Source: Candidatus Kuenenbacteria bacterium HGW-Kuenenbacteria-1
GTDB taxonomy: Bacteria; Patescibacteriota; Patescibacteriia; UBA2591; PGYQ01
Assembly (NCBI GenBank): GCA_002839745.1
Contig: PGYQ01000002.1
Coordinates: forward strand, 21,515 to 85,514
Direction: 5' to 3'
DNA: 64,000 nt
The position numbers and the translations under genes are program-made. This document shows, piece by piece, positions 49,177 through 61,029 of this stretch; the first letter of the stretch is position 1, and each line of letters opens with the position of its first letter. A model generated the notes under the pieces. That model was not told the DNA's origin. It did no database searches and saw only the letters and a list, made by a program, of their open reading frames with translations.

Positions 49177-49442
49177 AAAAAATCAACTTATAAAATTACA
49201 TTATTTTTTTATTTTAATAAATACTTTTTAATATATTTAATAAAAATTATTTTAACATATTCTAAAATTTAAGCAAATTTTAAAATTTTAGCTTATTTTA
49301 GCTAAAAATATTTATAATCATTTTTATTAATTTTAATTCTTTTAAATAATTTTTTTAAAAAATTTGCTTAAAAAAATTTGCTTAAATTAATATAATATAT
49401 ATATAATAATAATTATTATTTTTTACAAACTGTGGAAAAAAA

Positions 49443-49503
49443 TTGACAAATTTTAAAAAATTGTTTACTATACAAACTAGTTAAATAATAACGTTCTTTG
49501 ACA
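49443..49503 (+). promoter_or_regulatory. rRNA promoter and boxA-like element
   Basis: TTGACA (49443)-17 bp-TACTAT (49466); GTTCTTTGACA at 49493. Confidence 0.65.
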
Positions 49504-49557
49504 TTTGAAATGTGATAGGAATTTACTATTTGTTTCATGTTTGAAAAAACATTGAAA

Positions 49558-51374
<1,817 letters not shown>

Positions 51375-51633
51375 AAGGAGAAAATTTCACTAATTAATTT
51401 ATTAATTAGTGATACAGTCGATTATTTCTTTAATTAGAAATAAAAAAGAAAATCAAAAAATTCCTATCACTTTTTAAATGTCAAAAATAAAAACGTAACA
51501 AGTAACATATAATCAGTAACGAGTAATAAAAATTCAAAAATAAAAAATAATCAGTGAATTATAAAAAAAACTTGGTCTAGTTTTACTCACTTATCTTTTA
51601 TTTTCTTACCATAGAAAATAAGTTTTAACATTC

Positions 51634-51675
51634 AAAATAAAAAACCTGTCCTTCTTGGGACGGGTTTTTTATTTT
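51634..51675 (+). terminator. intrinsic terminator after 16S
   Basis: AAAAAACCTGTCC-ttcttg-GGACGGGTTTTTT. Confidence 0.8.
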
Positions 51676-51714
51676 TTGTAAATTTATTTTTTTTCTATTT
51701 TTTATTTCTTAGTC

Positions 51715-51776
51715 GAGACCCTACATAAAAGGGACCGTTCCGTTCGGGACCGTTCATAAAGGAACCGTGCACAAAA
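51715..51776. repeat. four stacked 15-16-bp units (consensus GGGACCGTTCATAAA)
   Basis: GAGACCCTACATAAAA / GGGACCGTTCCGTTC / GGGACCGTTCATAAA / GGAACCGTGCACAAAA. Confidence 0.65.
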
Positions 51777-51921
51777 GGGTAACTCTTTTTTTTATTGCCC
51801 TTACTTCTTTTTATATGTTATAAAAATTTGCATTATTTTTTCTTTTTTTTTATAATATCAAAACTGATTGTTTTTTAATTTTCTTGTTTTTTTATTTTTG
51901 TGTTTCTTGTTTTTTTATTCC

Positions 51922-51997
51922 GGGCGCATAGCTCAGCTGGTAGAGCATTTCTCTGATAAGGAAAAGGTCCATGGTTCGAGTCCATGTGCGCCCACCA
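51922..51997 (+). tRNA. tRNA-Ile(GAT)
   Basis: GGGCGCATAGCTCAGCTGGTAGAGC...CTGATAA...GGTTCGAGTCC...CCA. Confidence 0.97.
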
Positions 51998-52050
51998 AGA
52001 AAGTTTAAAGTGTAAAATTAAGATTAAAATTTTTAATTTTATAATTTTTT

Positions 52051-53516
52051 ATGCAAGAAACTAGGGTTAATCTTAAACATTTATTAGAAGATATTAGGGA
52101 TGGTTATTCTCTTACAGTTGAAGAAATTATTTTAACTGAATTAATAGCTAATAGTCTTGATTCAAAAGCTTCTAGAATTGAACTTTTTACAGAACCAGAA
52201 AAAATAGTTTTACTATTTGCGACAATGGTAACGGAATGAAACGACAAGCTTTAAAAAATTATCATAATATTGCAGCTACAACTAAAATTCGTGGAAAAGG
52301 AATTGGTTTTGCTGGCATTGGCGCTAAATTATCTCTCTTAATTGCTAAATCGGTAATCACTGAAACTAAAGGCGGTTATGGTTCTCATTGTGCTACAACA
52401 TGGCATTTAATGAATGCTGATAGAGCTCCTTGGAAATTTATTCCTTCTCAAGGAAAAGTAAAAACTTCACGAGGGACTGCAATTACTATTGAATTTTCTG
52501 ACTTTCAATCCTTTCTTTTAAATTCTGATTTTATTTATAAAAATATTAAAAAACATTTTTATCCTTTATTGCATTCCGTATTTTTTGATTCTATCTTGAA
52601 ATATGTTTATAAAAAAGAAATAGAATTTTTTATAAATAATGAAAAAATTGAAATAAAAAACTCTAATTTAAAAGAAGCTTTAAAAACTTTCAAAGTTACT
52701 CTTGGCAAAGAAGAAAAAAAATTAGCTGGTTTTGGTTTTTTAATTAAATCAAATGAAAATTTTTCTTTAAAAAATTTTGGAATCAGTATTTCCACTTACG
52801 GCAAAGTAATTAAACAAGGTTGGGATTGGTTAGGAATTTTCCCAAGGCTTGCTTTTCAAATTTATGGATTAATAGAAATTCCAGCTCTTTCTGAAATTTT
52901 AACAACAAACAAAAATGATTTTTTAAAAGATGCCACAAGTTTAAAAAAATATTATTGTTATCGCAAAGCAATTCAAGAAGCAATTTTACCAATTCTTTCT
53001 GAATTTGGAGAAGAAATAATTTCCTTTGAAAAAAATTTCAAAAAACTAAAACCTTTAGAAAAAGAAATTGAGAAAATGTTGGAAGATGTTTTAGAAAATT
53101 TTCCGGAATTAACACCTCTTGTTGGAATTAAAAAAAATAAAAAAGGAACCCATTTAAAATTAGAAGGTCCTTTAGTAGGTTTTATTGAAAAAGAAACAGA
53201 AGAAACAAAAAATACAGAAACAAAAAAACAAAAAAACACTAAAACATTGAAACAAGAAAATAAAGATAAAAAGAAAAAAGCGCCAACATTAACAATTGGT
53301 TTTGAAGAAAATCCTTCAAAAATTAGTTTAGCTCGAATGATTGAAAATACTATTTGGATTAATACTAATCATCCAGCTTATCAAAAAGCCAAACAAGAAA
53401 ATTTAGAACCATATCATATTTTTCTTTCTATTGCTTGGACTTTGTCGCATTTTATTGAAGAAAATCATTCGCCACAAGAATTTATTAGCCAATTTCTTAT
53501 TTCATGGAGTAAATAG
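52051..53516 (+). CDS. GHKL (HATPase_c, MORC/MutL-like) ATPase, frameshifted at an A6 run (52199-52204)
   Basis: TELIANSLDS (N-box); -1 frame gives ICDNGNGM, GIGFAGIGAK, GTAITI. Confidence 0.75.
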
Positions 53517-53540
53517 GAGAAAAAAATTAAAAAATCATTT

Positions 53541-55034
53541 ATGAAAAACTTACTTAAAATAGCCGTGGTTTCTTCAGAAACAGATCCTTTTTCTAAAACA
53601 GGAGGAATGGCTGATGTGACTCGTTCTCTTTCAAAGGCTTTATTTCGTTTAGGTCATTCTGTAATTATTATTACGCCTTTTTATGAAAAATTAATAGATG
53701 AAAAAAAATTCAAACTTAAATGTTTTCAAAAAAATATTCCCTTAAAAATAGACGAACAAAATACTTTAAATATTGATCTATGGAAAGGAGAATTAATGAA
53801 AGGATTGACTGTTTATTTTATAGGAAATAAACAGTTTTTTTATTGGAAACATCAAGAAAAAAAATCAATTCAACAGCTTTATGGTTCAAAACGCGAGAAT
53901 GCTCGTTTTGCACTTTTTGATTTGGCAGCGCTTCAATTATTAAAATTAATTAATTTTAAACCAGATATTGTTCAATGCAATGATTGGCAAACCGGATTAA
54001 TTCCATATTTTTTAAAGAAAAAATTAAGATTTAAAAGTGATCCATTTTTTAAAAACACAAATACTGTTTATACAATTCACAATCTTGCATTTCAAATGGG
54101 ACAAAATTGGTGGGAAATTCCTTTAAAAGAAAAAGATAATGGCAAAAATAATTTGCCATTTTTCAATGAACCTAAATTTGAAAATATTAATTTTGCTAAA
54201 AGAGGAATTTTACATTCTAATATTATTAATACGGTTAGCGAGCGTTATGCAGAAGAAATTTTAACCCCTCAATTTGGACAAGGAATGCAAAAAATTTTAA
54301 ATTCAAGAAAAAAAGATTTATATGGCATTGTTAATGGAATTGATTCTATAATTTTCAATCCAGCTGTTGATAAAAATATTTATTTTAATTATGACTGGAA
54401 AACTTTTAAAGAAGGAAAAAAACGAAATAAATTAGCTTTACAAAAAGAAACTGGTTTAGAAAAAAATATAGCCATTCCGTTAATTGGAATGGCTAGTCGA
54501 GTAACTGAACAAAAAGGATTTAATTTAATCAAAGAAAATTTAATTCATTTGCTTCATTTAAATGCGCAATTTATAATATTAGGAGAAGGAGATAAAAATT
54601 ATCGTAAATTTTTAGAAAAAACTGCAAAAAAATATCCGCATAAATTTGTTTATTATTCAAAATTTTCTGAAAAAATGGAAAGTAAAATTCATGCTGGTTC
54701 AGATGTACATTTAATGCCATCAAAATTTGAACCCTGTGGCACGACTCAATTAAAAAGCCTGCGCTATGGCTCTATTCCAATTGTTCATAAAATAGGAGGC
54801 CTTTCAGATACTGTTTTAGATTTTAATCCTCAAACCAAAGAAGGAAATGGTTTTGTTTTTAAAAGACACTGGAAAGAAGATTTATTGATTGCTATCACTA
54901 GAGCTTTAGAAAATTATAAACATCAAAAAACATGGGAATATTTAATAGAAAAAGGAATGCGACAATCTTATTCATGGGAATTGCCGGCAAAAAAATATGT
55001 AGCATTATTTAAAAAAGCAATGGAGAATAAGTAA
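53541..55034 (+). CDS. glgA: glycogen synthase
   Basis: KTGGMADV, CNDWQT, TIHNLAFQ, GIVNGID, PSKFEPCG. Confidence 0.93.
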   Translation: MKNLLKIAVVSSETDPFSKTGGMADVTRSLSKALFRLGHSVIIITPFYEKLIDEKKFKLKCFQKNIPLKIDEQNTLNIDLWKGELMKGLTVYFIGNKQFFYWKHQEKKSIQQLYGSKRENARFALFDLAALQLLKLINFKPDIVQCNDWQTGLIPYFLKKKLRFKSDPFFKNTNTVYTIHNLAFQMGQNWWEIPLKEKDNGKNNLPFFNEPKFENINFAKRGILHSNIINTVSERYAEEILTPQFGQGMQKILNSRKKDLYGIVNGIDSIIFNPAVDKNIYFNYDWKTFKEGKKRNKLALQKETGLEKNIAIPLIGMASRVTEQKGFNLIKENLIHLLHLNAQFIILGEGDKNYRKFLEKTAKKYPHKFVYYSKFSEKMESKIHAGSDVHLMPSKFEPCGTTQLKSLRYGSIPIVHKIGGLSDTVLDFNPQTKEGNGFVFKRHWKEDLLIAITRALENYKHQKTWEYLIEKGMRQSYSWELPAKKYVALFKKAMENK

Positions 55035-55179
55035 CCAATAACTCATAACAAGTAACAAGTACAATCCGCAGATGCGGGATAATAAATTACTCGTTACTGA
55101 TTACTTGTTCCTCTTTATATAGTGCGACTAACATAATCTTTTTAAAATTTTTAAAGAAGAAAAATTTAAAATTTAAATT

Positions 55180-56352
55180 TTATTTCCTTGTCGCTCGTAA
55201 AACTTCTTCAGGAGTGGTAACACCTTCAATAATTTTTTCTATTCCATGTTGCCTCAAAGAAACCATTCCTTTTTCTCTGGCTTTTTTTTGAATTTCAATT
55301 GCTGAAGTACGAGAAAGAATAAGCGATCTAATATCATCATTAATAACCAAAATTTCAAAAATTCCCATTTGCCCTTTATATCCAGTAAAATTACAATGAA
55401 CACATTTTTTCCCTCTTTTAAATTTAATTTCTTTTTGATTTTCTAATTCAAGAGTTTCAATAATTTCTTTGGAAGGTTGATATTCTTCTGTGCAATGCGA
55501 ACAATTTTTTCGAATTAATTCTTGAGCGATGATTATTAAAACAGATGAAGAAATTAAAAAAGGCTCTACCTTCATATCTACTAAACGAACCAAGGCGCTT
55601 GCCGTATCATTTGTATGAATAGTGCTTAAAACCAAATGTCCTGTTATGGCGGTATGCACAGCCATTTCAGCTGTTTCTAAATCACGAATTTCTCCCACCA
55701 TAATAATATCCGGATCTTGACGCAATAAAAATTTCAATCCTTTAACAAAGGTTAAATTTTCAGTAATTTGAGTTTGTCTAATTAAAGGCAAATGATATTC
55801 AATCGGATCTTCTAAAGTAACAATATTTTTTTCTACTGTATTCAAAACATTAAGGATTGAGTATAAGGTAGTTGTTTTCCCGCTACCAGTTGGTCCTGTG
55901 ACTAAAATTAATCCATTGGGTTTTTTAATCATTGCCTCTACTTGTTTTAATTGAGTAAAATTCATTCCCAATTCTTCTAAATTTAGAAAAATCTTATTAA
56001 CATTTAATACTCTAATTACCGAACATTCTCCATAAAGAGTGGGAAATATTGAAACTCGTAAATCCAAATCTTGATCTTTTATTCTAATTTGAAAACGTCC
56101 ATCTTGAGGCATTCTCGTTTCAGTAATATCTAATTGAGATAAAATTTTTATTCGAGCAATTAAAGCAGAAAGTAAATGTGTGGGTTCTTTGGCAATTTCT
56201 TTTAAAATCCCGTCAATTCTAAAACGAAAACGAACAAAATCTTTTTCCGGTTCAATATGAATATCGCTCGCTCCCATTTCAATAGCCTTAATAAGATAAT
56301 CATTAACTAAATTAATAATTATATCTTTTCCTTCAAAATTTTGAGTAATCAT
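55180..56352 (-). CDS. GspE/PilB-family type IV pilus assembly ATPase
   Basis: ASDIHIEP, PQDGR, GPTGSGKTT, LRQDPDIIMVGEIRD, TGHLVLSTIH, tetracysteine motif. Confidence 0.93.
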   Translation of the reverse strand: MITQNFEGKDIIINLVNDYLIKAIEMGASDIHIEPEKDFVRFRFRIDGILKEIAKEPTHLLSALIARIKILSQLDITETRMPQDGRFQIRIKDQDLDLRVSIFPTLYGECSVIRVLNVNKIFLNLEELGMNFTQLKQVEAMIKKPNGLILVTGPTGSGKTTTLYSILNVLNTVEKNIVTLEDPIEYHLPLIRQTQITENLTFVKGLKFLLRQDPDIIMVGEIRDLETAEMAVHTAITGHLVLSTIHTNDTASALVRLVDMKVEPFLISSSVLIIIAQELIRKNCSHCTEEYQPSKEIIETLELENQKEIKFKRGKKCVHCNFTGYKGQMGIFEILVINDDIRSLILSRTSAIEIQKKAREKGMVSLRQHGIEKIIEGVTTPEEVLRATRK

Positions 56353-56422
56353 AAAAATACCTTTTAGGCGCTAGGTGTTAGGCACTAGATCCTTTAATTT
56401 AAAATTTAAAATTTCTTTTTTA

Positions 56423-56494
56423 TGTCCTCAGGAGGAATCGAACCTCCATCTTAAGCTCCGCAAGCTCACGCTCTATCCGTTGAGCTATGAAGAC
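56423..56494 (-). tRNA. tRNA-Arg(GCG)
   Basis: GTCTTCATAGCTCAACGGATAGAGCG-TGAGC-TTGCGGA-GCTTA...GGTTCGATTCC; CCA not encoded. Confidence 0.92.
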
Positions 56495-56543
56495 AAAATT
56501 AGGTTTTAGATTTTTTGGGTTAGAATTTAAAATTTATAATTTC

Positions 56544-57029
56544 TTAAATTTTTATTATCCTCCCAAATTGATCAGAAAATGATTCTTCTTCTTGTTCTAA
56601 ATCTTCTTTTAAATATTTTAATAAAATTTCTCTAATTTTAAGTGGATTTTGATCCTCCAAAGAAATTATAAAATTGGGTTTAATAAAATTTTTAAAGCTA
56701 AAATAAAGATTTTTTACTTCTGGAAGTTGATAAATAATCCAAAAATTTTCCAATTCTCTCCAATAATAAAAATTTTCTGATGCTTGGATTCCTTTTTCAG
56801 TAATCTGAAATTTTATTAGAATTGGTTTTTTAAAATCAAATAAAATTAAAATTATACTAAATAAAATAATGATAATAGCAAAAAGAAAATTTTTGGTAAA
56901 AATTGAAAAAAGTAATAATCCTAATACTGTTGCAAACATTAAAAAATACCATTCTTGAGTTCTTTTGTGTTTTATAAATTCAGGGAAACTCCAAACAATC
57001 AAAGCTTTCCCTTTATTTTCTTGAATCAT
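56544..57029 (-). CDS. conserved hypothetical membrane protein (2 TM + soluble domain)
   Basis: WSFPEF..HKRTQEWY, two TM helices. Confidence 0.6.
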   Translation of the reverse strand: MIQENKGKALIVWSFPEFIKHKRTQEWYFLMFATVLGLLLFSIFTKNFLFAIIIILFSIILILFDFKKPILIKFQITEKGIQASENFYYWRELENFWIIYQLPEVKNLYFSFKNFIKPNFIISLEDQNPLKIREILLKYLKEDLEQEEESFSDQFGRIIKI

Positions 57030-57081
57030 AAAAATAACTTTTAAACACTAAAACCTTTAATTTAAATTTATAATTTATAAT

Positions 57082-58308
57082 TTATAATTTCTTAATTATT
57101 TTTACAAACTGCCTTTTGCCCTTTTGCAATAATACGCCATTTTCAGTAATCTCAATTATTTTATTTATATCTTTTATTACGGTGTTGTCCACTTTAATCC
57201 CATTTTGTTTAATTAATCTTTTTGCCTCATTTTTACTGCCTGCCATTTTTACCTTAACTAACAAATCTATTATTTTCCAATTCGTTCCGTCGGCTGACGG
57301 ACGTAATTCGTAATTCGTAATTTCATCAGGTATTTCTTTTTGTTGGATTACTTTTATAAAATGTTTTTCTGCCTTTTTTGCTTCATTTTCATTGTGATAA
57401 ATTTTTGTAATTTCAAAAGCCAAACGCATTTTTAAATCGCGCGGATTAATTTTATCAATATCAATTTCTTGCTTGATTTCGGCTATTTTATTTAATGATA
57501 TATCAGTACAAAGTGTAAAATATTTTATAATTAAATTATCAGTCAAAGACATAATTTTGCCATACATCTCTTCGCTTTTTTCCATAAGAGCAATATAATT
57601 ATTAAGACTTTTACTCATTTTATCTCCACCAGATAGTCCTTCTAATAATGGACAAGTAATAATATCCTGCAACTCTTGATTGTATCTTTTTTGCAACTGC
57701 CTACCCATCAACAGGTTAAATTTTTGATCGGTTCCGCCAATTTCTACATCTGCTTTAAGAATAACAGAATCATAACTCTGCAACACAGGATACATAAATT
57801 CCTGCAAACTTAAATCAATATCATTTTTTATTCTTTCTTTAAAATCAGCCCTTTGCGCTACCTGCGCATAGGTGACTTTTGACATTAGCGCTACTAAATC
57901 ATCAAGACTTAATTTAGACAGCCATTTTGAATTATATTTTACCTCTACTTTAGACATATCCAATAACAAACCGGCTTGTTTAACATAACTTTTCATATTA
58001 ACAACTATTTCTTTATTAGCTAAGGCTTTTCTGGTTATGGAACGACCTGTTGGATCTCCAATGCGAGCGGTAAAATCGCCAATTAAAAAAATTACTTGAT
58101 GACCCAAATTTTGAAATTCTCTTAATTTCCGCAAAATTACAGCATGACCTAAATGCAAAACCGAACCTGTTGGATCAATGCCAAACTTAATTCTTAATTT
58201 TTTACCAGACATTAACTTTTTTTTCAAACTATCCTTTATTAAAACTTCCTCCACGCCTTTGGTTAAAACTTCGTCAATTTTTTTTTCATCAATTATAATT
58301 TTTGACAT
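57082..58308 (-). CDS. tyrS: tyrosine--tRNA ligase
   Basis: GIDPTGSVLHLGH, IGDPTGR, GGTDQKFN, KMSKS, S4 domain. Confidence 0.97.
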   Translation of the reverse strand: MSKIIIDEKKIDEVLTKGVEEVLIKDSLKKKLMSGKKLRIKFGIDPTGSVLHLGHAVILRKLREFQNLGHQVIFLIGDFTARIGDPTGRSITRKALANKEIVVNMKSYVKQAGLLLDMSKVEVKYNSKWLSKLSLDDLVALMSKVTYAQVAQRADFKERIKNDIDLSLQEFMYPVLQSYDSVILKADVEIGGTDQKFNLLMGRQLQKRYNQELQDIITCPLLEGLSGGDKMSKSLNNYIALMEKSEEMYGKIMSLTDNLIIKYFTLCTDISLNKIAEIKQEIDIDKINPRDLKMRLAFEITKIYHNENEAKKAEKHFIKVIQQKEIPDEITNYELRPSADGTNWKIIDLLVKVKMAGSKNEAKRLIKQNGIKVDNTVIKDINKIIEITENGVLLQKGKRQFVKIIKKL

Positions 58309-58479
58309 AATTTTATATTTAAAGATTATATTTATATAATAGCAAAATTTTTTATTTTTCCCAAAACAACTAACAATGTGCGTTCGAAAAAATTCGAACA
58401 GATTTCGCCCAAAATTTGTAAGGCGGGCGGAATTTTTACCTCATAGCAAACTTGCTTTGCTTCGGGGCACCTTAAACCC

Positions 58480-58781
58480 CACGGTTGGGCTGTTCTACAA
58501 AAAATAAAAATAATTTTGAAAATCCTTCTTTCATAAAGTCTCCCTGATAAGGGAGATTTAGAGGGTTTCTTAATTTCTGAAATCCCCCAACCCCCTTTAT
58601 CAAGGGGGCTAATTAATTTCCCTAACCATAAGGAAATGCTCCTGCAAATTATTCTTTAATTAGAAATTTGGTAATTAATATTTTTCTAAAAAATAATTTA
58701 AACAAAATACAAGAAACAATTGAAAAATATACAAATAATGTAAAATTTATGATGCCATTATTTTAGAACATCCCAACCGTA
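58480..58781 (-). mobile_element. MITE copy 2, complete (302 bp), with TIRs and a 10-bp target duplication
   Basis: TIRs CACGGTTGGGCTGTTCTA / TAGAACATCCCAACCGTA; flanking CCTTAAACCC at 58470-58479 and 58782-58791; no ORF. Confidence 0.9.
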
Positions 58782-58833
58782 CCTTAAACCCAAAAAGATA
58801 AAAAAAGCTAGACACACTTTTATGAACGGTCCC

Positions 58834-58997
58834 GTAAATTGGTCATGCCGAAAATCTTTTAGCCCCATCATTGCCGAACCTTCTATAACAAGATCAAGCA
58901 TTTTCATTTCCAATTTCGAAAATTTTTCGTTAGGTGCAAGAGTGTATTCAAAAAGAGCAATTTTACCACCGGGCTTCAAAATTCTAAAAAATTCCAA
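58834..58997 (-). pseudogene. class I SAM methyltransferase fragment in decayed DNA downstream of tRNA-Ser
   Basis: EFFRILKPGGKIALFEY motif; no SAM-binding motif I. Confidence 0.6.
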
Positions 58998-59060
58998 TTT
59001 GCGATTAAAATCGGCTGGCGAACCCTTGCAAAGGCCGAGCCAAACTCTTCTTTTACCAAC

Positions 59061-59150
59061 TGGCGGAGAGATAGGGATTCGAACCCTAGAGACCCGTTAA
59101 GGCCTAACAGTTTTCAAGACTGTCCCATTCAACCACTCTGGCATCTCTCC
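59061..59150 (-). tRNA. tRNA-Ser(TGA)
   Basis: GGAGAGATGCCAGAGTGGTTGAATGGGACAGTCTTGAAAACTGT, long variable arm, GGTTCGAATCC, CCA. Confidence 0.97.
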
Positions 59151-59204
59151 TAAAAAGTTAAAAGTGTAAAGTTAAAAGTTATTGTATTCGTTTCGCTCAT
59201 AAAA

Positions 59205-60041
59205 TTAACTTTTAGCTTTTAAAGTATAGTGGATTTTTTTATAAAGTTCAACCCAATCCTTTACTGAAAGTTCTTGAGCACGAATCATTGGATTAAAATT
59301 CAATTCTTCAAAAATTTTTTCCATTGTTTTTTTGCTACGAATTTTTATTTTTTTTAAATTATTTTTTAATTGTTTTCTGCGACTAGAAAATCCAGCTCGA
59401 ACTAAATCAAAAAAATCTTTTTCTATTTCTATATTAAATTGTTTATTAAGATTTAATTTTATTATCGCCGAATTTACCTTTGGCGCAGGCCAAAAACTAT
59501 TTTTAGAAACAACGCTAATGATTTTAGGCTGACTGTAAAATTGAACAGAAATTGACAATAAACTCATTTGTCCCGGTTTAGCAATAATTCTTTCAGCTAC
59601 TTCTTTTTGAATTAATAAAATCATTTCACTGGGTCTTATTAATTCTTCGCTTAAAAATTTTCGCAAAATCGCAGAAGTAATATTATAAGGAACATTTGCC
59701 ACAATTTTATATTTATTATTTATAATTTTTAATTCTAAATTTTGAATTTTTAAAATGTCTTTATTAATAAGGACTATATTTTTAAAATTTTTTAATTCTT
59801 CTTTTAAAGCTACAACCAATCTTTTATCTAATTCCACAGCAATGACTTTTTTAACTCGTCCAGCTAATTCTCGAGTAAGCACTCCAAAACCAGCGCCAAT
59901 TTCCAAAATTACATCGTCTTTTTTTAATTCAGCCACTTGAATAATTTTATTTAAAATATTCTTGTCAATTAAAAAATTTTGTCCAGCTTGTCGTTGCGGA
60001 TGAAGCCCATATTTTTCACAAAGCAATTTAACATTTTCCAT
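59205..60041 (-). CDS. rsmA: 16S rRNA dimethyladenosine transferase
   Basis: GQNFL, EIGAGFG, ANVPYNIT, QKEVAERI, PAPKVNS. Confidence 0.97.
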   Translation of the reverse strand: MENVKLLCEKYGLHPQRQAGQNFLIDKNILNKIIQVAELKKDDVILEIGAGFGVLTRELAGRVKKVIAVELDKRLVVALKEELKNFKNIVLINKDILKIQNLELKIINNKYKIVANVPYNITSAILRKFLSEELIRPSEMILLIQKEVAERIIAKPGQMSLLSISVQFYSQPKIISVVSKNSFWPAPKVNSAIIKLNLNKQFNIEIEKDFFDLVRAGFSSRRKQLKNNLKKIKIRSKKTMEKIFEELNFNPMIRAQELSVKDWVELYKKIHYTLKAKS

Positions 60042-60046
60042 AATTA

Positions 60047-60997
60047 TTAAAGATTTTGAATAAACAAATTGAGTAAAATTTTTGAATTGATTTGACTCGT
60101 TTTTAATTGTATATCTATTTCTAATAATTGCTGATAAATATTTTTTAATTGATCAAAAGAATATTTATTCGCTTGAATAGACGCTTTTTGAATAACAAAA
60201 GGATGTAATTTAAGTTGCGTCCGCCAGTTGGCGGATTCATTTTTTAAAGATAAATCCTTAATCTGTAATAAAATTCTAAACTGTCTAATAATCATCGCTA
60301 ATAAATAATACACTGAATTATTTGTTTTTAATTGATCATTAATCAATTTTAAAGCTAATATTTTATTTTTATTTCCTAGCGCATCAACTAAATTAAAAAT
60401 ATTTTCATTTATTTTTTTTGCAACCAATAAATCTACATCTTCTTTATAAATAACTTCCCCTAATTTATAAGTACAAAGTTTATTAATTTCATTTGACATT
60501 CGCCATAAATCGCTACTTACCATAATAATTAAATTTTCTAAGGCTTGATTTTCAATTTTAGCTCCTTGATTTTCTATTCTTTTTTTTACCCAATCTTTTA
60601 ATTTTATTCCAATTAATATAGAAAATTCCCATGTGAATTTTTCTTTTTTTAATTTTTCAAATATTTTTTTCTTAATATTATTTTTTATATCTATTTTTTC
60701 TTTTTCCCAAAAAATTAAAATATTTTCATTTTCTTGATTTAATATATTTAAAATTTTTTCTAAAAATTTATCATTTTGACATTGGCTAAATAAATTTTTT
60801 ATAATAATCATTCTTTTTTTAGCCAAAAACCCATCTGTTAAAATGGCTTGCTCTAATTTATTTATATCTATTTTTTCTCCTTCAAAAATTAAAATATTTG
60901 AATTAGAAAAATCAATTTCTTTTTGAAATTTTTTTATCAATTCTTTTAATTTTTCCTTTGATCGAAAAGAATCTTCTCCATATAAAAAAATAAACAT
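60047..60997 (-). CDS. holA: DNA polymerase III delta subunit
   Basis: FLYGED, NEINKL, IFNLVDA, LHPFV. Confidence 0.9.
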   Translation of the reverse strand: MFIFLYGEDSFRSKEKLKELIKKFQKEIDFSNSNILIFEGEKIDINKLEQAILTDGFLAKKRMIIIKNLFSQCQNDKFLEKILNILNQENENILIFWEKEKIDIKNNIKKKIFEKLKKEKFTWEFSILIGIKLKDWVKKRIENQGAKIENQALENLIIMVSSDLWRMSNEINKLCTYKLGEVIYKEDVDLLVAKKINENIFNLVDALGNKNKILALKLINDQLKTNNSVYYLLAMIIRQFRILLQIKDLSLKNESANWRTQLKLHPFVIQKASIQANKYSFDQLKNIYQQLLEIDIQLKTSQINSKILLNLFIQNL

Positions 60998-61029
60998 AGT
61001 TTTAATAATTTTAAATTTTAAATAAATAT

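Noticed and set aside
51715-51776. Mini-CRISPR array
   Set aside because: Units are 15-16 bp, adjacent, with no spacers.
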